NCBI GenBank assembly: GCA_000708835.1
Contig: DF237124.1
Location: 1-64,000 of the forward strand
Length of the DNA: 64,000 nucleotides
Reading direction: 5' to 3'
From: Klebsormidium nitens
Lineage: Eukaryota; Plantae; Klebsormidiophyceae
The position numbers were made by a program, and so were the translations under genes. Each line of letters starts with the position of its first letter. The stretch's first letter is position 1. The notes under the pieces are model-generated. The model had not been told where the DNA came from and did no database searches. It saw nothing but the letters and a program-made list of their open reading frames with translations. Of the stretch, positions 36,315 to 48,303 are shown in pieces.

Positions 36315-36952
36315 CGCGTAGGTCCTAGTGTATTTCTGTTAGCTGCTGACTCATGTCTCGTACTAGACAGTAGTCACGATCTAGGTCAGTCGGGTACCAT
36401 GAGCTGTTGGTCAGCAATGAAATCTGCACGAGAAAGGGTTACAAGAAAGCTTCATATGTAGGGGATCATGCTTTTCAGAGCCTCATTACAAAGTGCTGCA
36501 TGCGTGATGTCGATCGCTCGTGTAGCATACAACGAAACTCTAGCTTACTTACCAGATCTTGGCTAAGTGCACGACGGTGATCTGATGCTAGTAAAGTTGA
36601 TACAAGGCACGAGGTTGGTGGGCCGATCTTGCTGTGGTGGTTTCGAGTCCCCGGTCGTGCAACCTCCTTCCTTTATGCATCATTTCAGAAGCACGAGTCG
36701 ACGTCAAGATGTGTGTGCCATTATAATAAGAGCGAATTAAATAACCCTGGATTTTTGGAACACAATGATCCGATGTCCTTTGATTTGCGTCACTTTGTGT
36801 GTGTGTGTGGGTACATGATCATGTCTAAGATCGGTGAATATGGGACAAGTCCGCAGCACGTGAGTCGATAGTCGGCACATGGCTGTCCCGGCATCTTTTG
36901 CATAGTGCATTAAACTATCTCGCAAGCAACGGTCCGGTCGGCTCACCGTACG

Positions 36953-37080
36953 TCAATCGTAGTCCGTAGCGTCCGCTCCGAAGAGCAGCAATATGGTCGT
37001 GAGCTCCGTCGTCACCTTCCGGTGGGCCAACCGGCATGGCTGGTTTGCCTCGTTCCGCAGCAACGGATCCGCTTGGGACC
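36953..37080 (-). pseudogene. ankyrin-repeat-like coding relic
   Basis: A frame with high GC at third codon positions reads QADPLLRNEANQPCRLAHRKVTTELTTILLLFGADATDYD*. I found no intact upstream exons. Confidence 0.35.
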
Positions 37081-38703
37081 TCACACCGAAACTCCGCCGC
37101 AGCAGACAGGGAGACCGGAACGACCGCCTCAGGAGCGTGGAACACCCATCTCTGCAGACCATCACGGCCGCCTGGACCTCCTGAGGATCTGGTGTTGATC
37201 AGTGCTTCAATCTGTGCCGTTTCGCAACTCAGTATAATCTGCGACTCTCTCTGAAGAGTCCAGATTTGTGAACGCTAAGCGCGACACAACGACTGATAAT
37301 GATGGTGTAAGCAGCCAGACAGGCAAGTCTGGACTCCTCTGTCAAGCGAGGAGTGGGTGACAGTCACAGTCCAAGTCAACGATATCTCCGTTCAGGCAAT
37401 TCCCTCCTTTTCCCTAGCTTCGCGACTGCGCCGCTGTTGCAGCTGGTTGGCTTCGCCGCCGCCGTCAATGGAGCAGAAAGCGTCACCCAGGTTGCACTAA
37501 AGTACCTCATCTGTACAGGAGCCATGCCTTTGTTTAACAGCCTGGTCTGTGCACCAATTTTTTCCCTCAGCTGCAGCTTGTGATCGCGCAAGGAGTTACA
37601 TGAATTTCCTTTCGAAGGAACTCGAATATGATCGGCAGATGCCGCTTTGAGCAGCCCAAAACAATTATGCGAAGTAATTGGGCATTCAAACCATCAACGC
37701 TGATGAGATTTTCGCGACAAGCAGCCGGGATCTGCTAGACACCGAACAAGCTGCTTGCACACGTACGTAGCTACCACAAAAGAATGGGCTTTCTGCACAG
37801 GCGCTAGCTTGTTGAGGGTGCGGTTCAAGAGGTCATCTGAGAAACTGAAACATCCTGTAAAGTATCTCCAGTTGCGTCCATAGCTTCTGCAGGGCACAAT
37901 GATCGTCCTGATAGCGGGATAGATGGTGGTGTTTCTCCGGCAACATCGCAGTTTGTCGCCAGCCGGGCGGGCGGCCGGCCCGCGCGTCCGGCCGCGCGCG
38001 CTACTAGCGTACCATGTTCTACTGTCCCTACGAACCTCCTAAACCCCGTAAACCCTCAGGCCTGCCGAGGCGGGCGCCTCCGGCATCGCGAATCCACAAG
38101 TTATTCACAGATTCTGTTGCAAGCGTTATTATGATGCTTCGAATGTCAGAGCGCCTCAAAGGACGTTCACGAGCGAACAGACCCGCAATCACTGCCTTTC
38201 TCAGGCTTTCTGATCAACCTGGGTTTTCCTGATTTGAGCAGCTTCCTACCTCGACAACTGTTGCAGTGATCATCTATTGTAGCACTCTCTGTGTTTGGTC
38301 AGATCAGGTCGAACGCTAGCTTGGACACGAAAATCAAGACAGTGAGGAAGCCCTCGTTTAGTGAGACTCAGTTGGAAACGCTTTTGTTCAAAGAGTCTCC
38401 GTTCGGTGGAAGACGGGACTTGAATTGGAAGAATGGAGAGCGGATGTGCACCCCCTGCGACATTGGTAGACCTCGTGCTGCTTCTGGATCTTCAAAAGGC
38501 GTGCAATGAGACAAGATATTGAGTTGTCTGGTTTGCTAATCCTGGAAACATCAGGAAGTAGGTGTACGGCCACTCTGTTTGGATCACAGTCTTTGCTTTG
38601 TTTTACAGGACTTGATAATTTTGGAAAGTGCTAGATGGATGCGCTGAGAAACCAGGATTGGAGCGTTCGCATGTCCAAGTAGGAAATCAGAATCTCAGTA
38701 AGA

Positions 38704-39723
38704 ATGGGTTGTGTAGGGAGTTGTTTGCTGCCAAGTAAAGAGTCACCGGCAGACGTCAGCAGAACGGGTGACGCTGACGTCCGCAATACGCTGTGTGACC
38801 TTAGTAGTACAAAAGCGTCCGTAACAGCACCGGCTTCCAGTGTACTGGCTTTTCCAAAAACAGAGGATGAGCCAGTGAATTCTACAAAACATTCAGAACT
38901 TCAAGCAAGTCAAGAGTCCAATACCAATTCTGAATTGGAGCAGAAAGGCTGGGGCCGCCTCTCACCACTGCAAGTGCGAGTCATGAAGGCTGCCAGCCAA
39001 AGGGCGAAAGCCTGCTCCGACGCTGCTCTCCCCCGGCTCCAGCAGCGGTTCCGTCGGCTTGGGTACAGCGAAGCGGACCTGACGTCCGCTTTACACTACG
39101 TAACACAAGAGGCGCCCCTGCTGATCCACTTTAAGCCTCAGATGGGCTTTGGGTTCTTTTCCACTAAGACGGTGCTCAAGGCCTTCCTTGAAGACACCCA
39201 TTACCGCAGCACGCGCGAGACGGGGATCGGCGGGGGGGCCCGAGGGGTCTGGCGGGAGAAGAGGGAAAGGATCCTGTTCGCGGGTCTGTACCTTCAAGAC
39301 TCGTCGCCGTTTGAGCATTTCAAGTACGGCTCGCTCAACGTGTTCAAGGAACCGGGGGGGAGCGCCCCCCGCTTCGGTCCGTGTTACATCGAGCTCAAAT
39401 CTGACGTCATGGAGCGATGCACCTTCGTCTACCGGCCGTCGTTCGACGACCTGCACCAAGTCCCTGGCACCCGCGAGAACTTCGCCCATACGTTGGCGGA
39501 ATTCGACGATAAGGAGATAGCGTGCCTCGTGGAGAGGCGTCCGTTTAAGTTGTTGAATCCTACAGTGGGCGGAGATGTTCTGGTAGAAGTCCAGATACAC
39601 GGTCCGCTGGAGTTCAAGCGCGACATCAAGGAGCTGCGCTTCCCCCGTTCGACAAAGCGGAAGGTTCAGAAGCGGTTACAGAGGTGGGCTGACACAAACG
39701 GGTTTGCGGCGAGTTGTTTCTGA
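38704..39723 (+). CDS. DUF3626-like protein with N-terminal MGCxxS acylation motif; intronless CDS
   Basis: 339-aa ORF. The motifs LIHF, HYRS..ETG..GG, RE..LF..LY, KYGSLN, GGSAPRFG..Y.EL, RCTF, EVQIHGPL and RDI match the DUF3626 pattern as I recall it. Confidence 0.75.
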   Translation: MGCVGSCLLPSKESPADVSRTGDADVRNTLCDLSSTKASVTAPASSVLAFPKTEDEPVNSTKHSELQASQESNTNSELEQKGWGRLSPLQVRVMKAASQRAKACSDAALPRLQQRFRRLGYSEADLTSALHYVTQEAPLLIHFKPQMGFGFFSTKTVLKAFLEDTHYRSTRETGIGGGARGVWREKRERILFAGLYLQDSSPFEHFKYGSLNVFKEPGGSAPRFGPCYIELKSDVMERCTFVYRPSFDDLHQVPGTRENFAHTLAEFDDKEIACLVERRPFKLLNPTVGGDVLVEVQIHGPLEFKRDIKELRFPRSTKRKVQKRLQRWADTNGFAASCF

Positions 39724-40549
39724 TCTTAGAATTGTCCTTCATGCTAGCTGCAAGTACTTAGACTTGACCCTGAGGAGTAGCCGCCACAGCTAGAAAGACG
39801 TAATTCCGCCATACATGACTCTGATGAGCTCTGGGCACGTGATTAGCAGAAGCATTTGCGCGAACTTCAAGTCGGACATGCTCAATTCAGTTAATTCCAA
39901 AACCGTGCCCGCACTGGGTTAATTGCTTCAAGTAGCGGACCTGCTCAAACCGAAGTATGCCTGCTCATGCATGCAAGACTCAGCCCTATATAAGATCGCT
40001 CTGCGCCCCACCGCGGGAGCATGCTGTCGTGATATATGAATGAACATCTCGTTGGATGAAATGCACCAGTGCATGGGCTCATGCCTCAACATTTTCGGCA
40101 TGGCAGGAGAACACATCACTGCGGGCGTGGACTCACGCAAAAGCCGACAGACATGGAAATGAGCGGATCGACCTGATTACACCTCATATGATTATCCGGT
40201 TATATATCATGATGTACGGTCGCCGTCAGGCCCTGCGTCTAACGTGCCAAGGAAGTAGTCATGAAAGCTCGCTCTTAGTTTATACGAAGACCTCTTTTCA
40301 TAGGTTCTGACTTCCACTTGGAGACACTCATGTATCCTCAATGATGTCAGTGCGCTGCCCGTATCTCTCAGATAGAGTAAATGTAGCGCACCAGACATCG
40401 CCAACTGCAGCTGGCGCGATTCTCGAATGCCTAGACAAGCACACGTAGTCAGTGGCAACAGTCTTGCAACCACATTCTCAGAAACTGTTGTTTGCAAAGT
40501 TTTCTTATTCTCTAGAGAAGAGACTGAAGTCAAAAAGCTCAACGCGGAT

Positions 40550-43500
40550 TCATCCCTTCGGCTCGAGCGCTTTCACAACCTGTTGTATACTCTCGAATTG
40601 CGACCGCTCCTTCAGCAGCACTTTGCCAAACGCTAGCGCTTTTTTCTCGCAGCTTGCGCGAACGTCGGGATCGGCGATGCTCTCCAGGTCTTCTACGTGG
40701 GCGATCCCGACAATCCGCCTGCAGACAGAAGCGCGGCCAAATCGTCTAAGAATCGTGCAAGAATGGCAAAACACAAGATTTGCTGGCGCCTTGTCAAAAT
40801 GGCGAAAAAAGACGAGTGTGCACAAAGCTAGGCTGGCTGTTGGAGGATCTACAGAGGAGAAGGGCTGCTTCGCGCTGGCCCCATCCCAAAAGTCTGCAAG
40901 AGAATGGGAACCATAAACGCGCACAGAAGATACAGATGAATAGACCGGACCCTCAGTCTGACACTATGTTGATGATGATGAGCCGGCGGCAAAGCGAAAA
41001 GCAGGTCGAGACTGGCCCACATACATAACTAACTAGATTGCGGGACTCTCTCACTTCACTATCTCAAACTCTTCAGTTTACTATAAGCTGTTCGTTTGCA
41101 GAGATACTTCCCCAAGACGCGGGGCTCGGGCCACCATAAGTCGCATGCAAACTCCGAATGAAGCAAAGGATGCGGGACAGCGCTTTTTACCTGACAATCT
41201 TGGCGCCCGCGAAGCCCAGCGAGTCCTGGAAGAGGTCGCCGAGGAAGGCCTTTTGGTATTCCGCCAGCGTGCGGTCGCCGGTGCCGAACAGGAGCGTGGG
41301 CGTGAGGTCGCCCGGGGACTCCAAGCTAACAAATTTCTGCGGAGAAAAACAGAGATCCTGATTGAAATGCCTGAACCTGCTTGCAGGGCGTCTGCTTGCT
41401 GCGCAGACGAGACGTCGCCCTTTTGAGTGCCTCGGTTCAGGAGGCTATGAAGCCCAGCTTCTTACTGGGCAACCTCCGCGAATGCTTTGCAAACGAACGG
41501 AAAAACATTCACGCCAAGAGCGCAAATCCCAAACAAAGTCGGCGTCCTTCTGCAAAGAACACGGTCGCAAAGAAGGAATTGCTAAGTTCTCGTTGGCGGC
41601 GGCGACTTTGCCACGTGGCAGCACGCTCACCGACCACAGGTCCACGAACTTCTCGGCGAACAGGGCCCACGTTTCGATGATCGTCTTCGCGATCCAGTAC
41701 TTGCAGTCGTTCCTGGCGCCAGGGCTGGTCGCGTGCCCGTCCTGACTGTAGTACGCGAGGATCAAGTTGGCCAGGAAAGCGCCAATGTCGAAGCCCATGG
41801 GGCCGTAGAAGGCGAACTCGGGGTCGATCATCTGCGCGGAAAACACGGGAGGGTTTGATCAGAGTCGAGGCGCAACCGAGTGCGCACATGGCAGGGAAGC
41901 CACTTGTCAAAATAGCCAGGGTAAAAGCGCAGGCGCATACAAAGCCGGTTTTCATCGACACCTTTCGTGTTACAGTTGAGCGTCCTCTTCAAAGATAAGG
42001 GGCGAGCTAAGTCGGTGTCCGTCACTTTTTTTTCATGTTTGCAACGCTTCCATCGAGCATCTGCAGCCCTCACCTGGGACTTTCCGGCTCCTGTTTACCA
42101 CACATTGCGGTCACACACTGCCCCGACGCCATCTCATTCATAGCGCGACCAACGTAGTAGCGCGTTCCGAGCCACAACCTACATTGCCAGACTCCCCAAT
42201 GATTGCCAGCTTTGAGGAACCAGGTCAGTCCAACCCAAAAGGCCCCGTCCAAAGCTTACCTGCGTGGAGGTGTCCGTGACCATGATACTGCCCGTGTGCA
42301 GGTCGCCGTGCACCAGGGCCTCCGCCTGCTCCGTGAACTTCTTTTTCAGCGCCGTGATGGCGACCTTCAGCGGCACGTCCGACCGGAGCGCGGCCGCTTC
42401 CGCGTCCAGCTGCGGCGACGTCCAGTGGTTGTTGGCGGCTTGCGCGTACGGCTCCGTGAAGATCACCTGGGGGAGAAAACTGACTTTCAGAACTCGACAA
42501 CCTACGTGGTTTTAGAACCTCATGGAGCTAAAAGAGCGCCCGAACGACGATACGCTGTCAACAGGTGAACCTAGAGGGTGGGTGGCTGGTAGAATCTGCG
42601 TTGATGAAAATGGTTAAAGAGAAGATGTACAACCAAAGGAAGGTAATATGGGTAGCGTGGCAAGTATCAATATCTAGATTGAGACATCCTCTCTCCGGAG
42701 GCTTGAGCGGCAACCCGCGGGCCGATAGACCCCCGATCCTCCACCTGAATAGAATCCAAATCGTAAAGTAGAAAAGAGAACCCGAACCCAAAACTCCAAA
42801 CCCCAAAACTCAAACATCCTTGTTCAGTAACTTACCTGCTCCGTGAGCCTGCACAGCTCGACGTTGACCACAAACTTGGCGACGGCCGCCTTGTGCTGCG
42901 CAGTGTCGAGCGCGAGGAGGGAGGTGCTGAACAGAGTGCGCGCCAGGAAGGTGGACACGTGGTCGGCCAGGAGGGGGTACACGTGGCCGGCGATGAGGCC
43001 CTTGCGCAGGATGATGTGCGGCGGCTCCAGGTAGCGCATCACGAACAGGGCGCGCGAGCGGTCCACGTGGTACACCTGCGGAGAAAGGATTGGCTTTTCA
43101 TAGGCTAGGATTATGGGGATTTTCATCTTTTGAAGCGGTTTGTTAGGCTCGCTCTACAGGCTACTGATACACGACAATCGCTCTTCGTAATGTGGACCAT
43201 GCACAGACCGCAAAGAGAGCCGAACTTTGCACGAAAGTCTCGGTGAAAAGCGATACGAAGTTTTTGGTAGCAAGAGGAGGTGCCAAACACGAAGTCGTAT
43301 TCTGACCTATGCAAATGGGCACAGTCTGTGAGATTGCGGGCAACAAGTTCACTTTTTTAAAGGGGAAGGCAATCAGCGGCACGGGTTCCCACAAAAATTA
43401 GGGCAAAGTGGGCTTGCTAATGCTTCGACAATCACTCGAGCGGCCTCAAGGGCAGAGCCCACCTCCTTTCCCTTTCAGACCAGACGGGTCATGAAGTCTA

Positions 43501-46500
43501 CGCCGTGAAGCGGAATCCACAGACTCCCTTGGCAACAAGCATTATAAGTACTTTCAAGCAGAGCGTTGCAGATGTAGTCGGTTCGACATAATCTTCGCTT
43601 CAGCAATCAACTCGTTCGAAACAAAGCAAGAATCTTTTTGAACTGCGTTTCCGGACGTTCCCTTCTCCCCGCCTCACCTCGGGCACGTGCTGCGGCACGA
43701 GGCGCCCCTCCTCTTTCAGCGCGAGCGCCTCGAACCACGACCGGTCCACCGTCAACGGCCACGATTCGCCGACGCACCGCACGTACGGCAGCGATTGCTT
43801 CAGCACGCACGTCCACTGCGGCCCCTCCACTATGAACACCAGGTTTAGATTCCCGTCCCCGACTTCCCGCACTTTCCAGTCGGTCGGCTTTCCGCCCAAC
43901 CTCGTTGCGAGGTCCGGCGTTTTGGTCGCAATGTAGTCGACGAGAGTCTCAGGGTTGAAACCTACGAAGAGGGGTTTTACGTCCCCGGCTTCGGTGGCGA
44001 GGGTTGGGGGGTTTTGGGCGGGCGGGGCGGGGGCGACGCGGGCCAGGAAGGCGGGGATGTCGAACTCCGTTGCGCCGTCGGCCTTGTAGATGACGCCCTG
44101 CGAGAAGGAGGATGGTATCCCGTGACAATCTGCAATTAAGACGCAAGCGGTTTGCTTATATTGCGCCCACAGAACAATCGACAACGATGCAGCCCCGACA
44201 GCATCAGTTGACAGGAAGATTGAAACTTCAACCAAACTCCATCTGCTAAATTGAAAAACAGTAGCGAATAAGGCGTCGAACAGCCCGCCTGAAATCGCCC
44301 CGAGGGCAGAAGTTGAGAAAAGGAGTTTCAAGAGGCTACTCGCAACAAAACTAAGAGCAGACTCTGCGACCTGCGTGCCAGAATCGGGCCTTCCTTTACC
44401 ACCATGAAGCGGCTGGTTGCAATGCATGCAAAGTCTATTTTAGCGAAAGACATTCTAGAGAATAACCGGACGCTGCTGGGAAACTTTCCAAGCAGAAGCT
44501 AGTCGTGTTCTGCCAGACTGCCGTGAACAAAGCGCGGGGAGCCCACCTTTTCCGTGATGATGCCAGCGATGAGGTCAGCGGGAGTGACGTCGAAGGAGGG
44601 GTTCCAAACGTCGATGCCGGCCGGAGCAATGGGATCGCCACGGCCGCCGTTGGCGTGGGTGAGCTCCTTGGGGTCTCTTTGCTCTACACACGAGATGGGG
44701 GAGCAAACGCTTATGCGGTGGGCTGCAAGTGCCGCTGTCAACGTCCCTTCGTTATCTTGTAAATACCTGATACGTCCTCCTGTTTCTCCTTATAAATGGT
44801 TCTTGGCGAGCTCGAAAGAGAAGGAAGCGCCCGGAAAGCAATGCCGCACGGAAAGTTGGCCTCTCGAAGCATCGAAAGGGCGACGTCGTCTCAAGTGCAG
44901 AGCAATGAGAATCATATAAATTCCCTTGGGGCATTGATGAGGAGAATCGAAACGTTCATGGTAAATGGAAACACGATCGAGCCAGGAACCCCCAACAATT
45001 CTAGACCCCAACAAACACATCCACAACTTCTCCAACTCACCAATATGGATCTCGGCGCCTGAGTGAATGTCCAGATCAATCGACGTCACTGGCGCCGCCA
45101 CAAAGAACGGCACCCCGTGGTACTTCGCCCCGATCGCGAGCGAGTACGTCCCGATCTTGTTTGCCGTATCTCCGTTCGCCGCAATCCGATCGGCGCCCAC
45201 AACGATCGCATCCACGCCCCGAGTGGCCCCAAACGCCGCAGCCGCAGAGTCGGCAACTAGGATGGCGGGAATCTTCTCGTACACGAGCTCGTAAGCTGTG
45301 AGGCGCGAGCCCTGGTTGTATGGGCGGGTCTCCGTTGCAATAGCGGTCTCCAACTTGCCGGCGGCGTGAAGGGAACGGATGACACCGAGGGCGGTTCCGT
45401 ATGCAGCGGTGGCCAGGCTGCAGGGAGGCGGGAAAAATGCCCTCGGATCGGAAAGGTTTCGGCGAAGCTTTCGTGCACAGGTGATACGACAGGTGCGTCA
45501 GTGAAGACGGCTGTAGCTCGGTGCCGTCTTGATTACAAGCTCACAAGGACATGAGGCGTCCTCCTCAGAACAACTCGCTTGATCTCCGGAAATCGAAGTT
45601 CCCACCGCCCAAAACGCAGTGATGATTTTCCACATATGAGGAACCGTCGATCGGCAGTACTCAGCCAGATATCATTGTTCGAACAGGCAGATCCCTCGCC
45701 GCTAGAAGCCCTCGCTGGAACTAGAGAACAGATTCCAAGCATGGACGTCCAATTCTTGCTCGCTTCCAATTTGACCCGCCCAAGGAGTCCAACTTGACCG
45801 CCGAAAGGGACCCCGATACGTCAAACCGGCGCCCCAAGCAAACTCTGTACTGCCCACCTGCCTGTGTTGCAGTGCGTCATCACGCGCAGCTTCTCCTTCT
45901 TTGTGGCCGCCTTCACGATCGCCTCCGCGCCGTTCGCCCCAATCGCACGGTTGGCCGCCACGTCATCCACCAGCATTTGCTCCGCAGAGACCACGAATGC
46001 GTCGATGACGCTCTGCGCGGAAGCTTCCGGCTGGTCCGCCGCAGTCCGAGTGACTTCGGACAGCTGCTTGGCGGCCTCGCCCAGGTTGACGGCAGTTGGA
46101 CGGCTGCAACGAAAAGTCGATAGTCAGCTTGAGCTGGACAGTAACAGGAAGCAATATCGTTTGTTGTTCGAATCTCTGCATTTTTCACCTTTGAAGGAGT
46201 GAACCCCAGCCAAAATCGTAGTAAGAATCATGCGGCTGTAGTAAGCCTGACACGTTCTGCAGTGCTTCTTTCGCGCAAAGGCTGCTCAGGAGCACTAAGC
46301 CCTGTAAATGGAATCTAGCCGACCTCACCGGGTAGCTGCCTGACTCATGTTCACCGACTCCTGGTTTTGTCTCACCTAAGCACACCTCCCTTCGACAAAG
46401 TCGCTACGTGTAGACTGCTGTGAGTACTGTTGGGTTCAAGTAGCCTCGTAAGCTGCTAACATTGAGGAGAAACTTTTCCTCTCCTCTGTTCTCTAACACG

Positions 46501-47728
46501 GGGCTGAAGCGACTCTGGCAATTTGATCCCATGCACCCGTACTTAGTATGAACTTTCCTTCCAACTTTGGCCCCCTTGCCACCAAATCTTACTTGGGCAG
46601 CCTTTGTTGGGACCAATGCCACTTCGGAACGATCTCCTATTGTCAATGTACAATCCTTCGTGAGGATCAAAATTCAGGTTTATGAGAGCTCTCACCTTGA
46701 CACTAGGTACTGCAGCCGCTCCACGATATAGGCGCCGGTCGACTTTGCATCGGGCGTCTCAGGCGGCGAGCTCACTAGCTCTGCGGCTAAGGCCAAAGCT
46801 GCCGCGATTGCAATCGCCGGTGCCCCCCGCACCACCATGTCCTTGATAGCGTGCCTGGACAGGTGGCACACTGTGGTTGGTCGGGTTGCTTCTCGAGGCA
46901 AATAAAAAGATATAGGAACCAACACTACTTCTCCAAGTCTTACAAACAGGCTTGAATGCCGTCACAGTAAGTTCTGTTTACAACTTCAAAGTCAAAAGAC
47001 AAGAGCTCTCGTCCGATAAGATGATACATCTTGTGTGGAAAAGATAGATAAGAGTATAATGTTCACCACCGCGCCTGCGCCAAACCTCAATGCTTTCGAA
47101 TTTCCAAGACTCACCATGCCGCTTCTGCTGTCGGGATGTCGATGTACTCGCTCACGTGGGGAAGATGCCTCTGCAGAATATAGAATGGTTTCAAAAGAAA
47201 GAAAGAAAAACACCACCATCCCTCCAATTTGCATTGCTGCGCCCCATTGTAGACATGAGCCCCAATTCTTCGTGTTCACTCTACTAGATTTAAGTCCTAT
47301 TGAACAAAAGGAGAGAACAGTTCTACGTTGAGCTTAATATACCACCACAAGGCAGGGCACCCAGCCATTTATTGTCGTCTAAATAAATGGCTGAAGTGGC
47401 TAGATCTATAGGTTGATGTGCTTCGTTTTTCATAATGCCACCATCGGGCTACGCCATTTGCGAAGTCTTTTCTCCACCATCTCCTGCTATGGACAATCAG
47501 AGGCAAGGCCAGCATTGCAAAACAACACAGTACAGCCCACTTGCAACCAGAAGCAGACACCTGGCGGCCGCTGATAGCACTGCAAGACTTTCGCAGGCTT
47601 AAGAAATCAGAACTCGAACGTCGTCATACCTGGTCCAGAAGCTCGAGCTTGCCCCGAACATACTTGATCGCCTGGAGCACGCCATCATTCTTCTTCTCAA
47701 TATGGACGCCGAGCACTTCGCTCGCCAT
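40550..47728 (-). CDS. MRI1-MTK: fused methylthioribose-1-phosphate isomerase (MRI1/MtnA) - methylthioribose kinase (MTK/MtnK), ~818 aa, 12 exons
   Basis: Exons 47728-47630, 47170-47115, 46854-46696, 46103-45858, 45417-45041, 44683-44547, 44097-43678, 43075-42836, 42466-42260, 41831-41631, 41336-41191 and 40718-40550. They total 2457 nt and all GT-AG junctions are phase-consistent. MRI1 motifs: [67 protein letters not shown] motifs: [54 protein letters not shown]. Confidence 0.93.
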
Positions 47729-47982
47729 GGCTTGGCCACAACAGAGTCAGATTGACGGCGCCAACGAAATGTTCTGAGCTCTCCGCTCCACTTGCTCAGA
47801 ATGCTTGATCCAGCATCAAAAATCTCACCCCAATCCTGACGAATCAGTGCAATGGTCCCGACCTCCCGGATCAAGCAATGCTGCCACCGTCTTGGCAGCT
47901 GATGGCGAAGAGGCTTCACAAAGAAAATATGTGTTCATTGAACCAAGCCATTGGCGTGGAACCTCAGCCTTCCAAGTTCAAG

Positions 47983-47992
47983 TTTAGGGTTT
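47983..47992 (+). promoter_or_regulatory. telo-box (TTTAGGGTTT) in the MRI1-MTK/bHLH bidirectional promoter
   Basis: Exact telomere-type motif between the divergent ATGs at 47728 and 48304. Confidence 0.45.
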
Positions 47993-48303
47993 CAAAGGGT
48001 CGTCTTGCAACCACCATTACCGAGCGGTAAACGTTTGAAACTAGAGCGAAAGGAGTCGACGTCGCCGAATCTCTTATCCTGTCGGAGGAATCCGATCTGC
48101 AGCAGTCACAGAGAGGGGGCCCAAGAAGAGCAGAAGAGCCGCTCGTGGAGGACGCCTTCGGTCTGCAAAGGGTAGGTAGAGAGGCCTTCTTCATCTGTAG
48201 GAAAGGTCTCCCCCTGAGCAGGTTAGAAGCAGGCGACGTGCTCAACAGGGGGTTTGGGGGCTTCACGGGGGCATAGGGCCCGAGGGCCCCGGAGAAAGCA
48301 AGG

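Noticed and set aside
39091-39600. 169-aa minus-strand ORF
   Set aside because: Antisense shadow of the DUF3626-like CDS.
43600-44427. ORF-track protein as a stand-alone MTK starting MHCNQPL
   Set aside because: Residues upstream of 44097 are intronic (T-rich, with a polypyrimidine-CAG acceptor at 44098). The exon begins with the MRI1 C-terminal tail.
10011-47728. Folate/methionine metabolic gene cluster (GCH1 plus MRI1-MTK)
   Set aside because: The genes are ~27 kb apart with unrelated genes between them, so coincidence is the simpler explanation.
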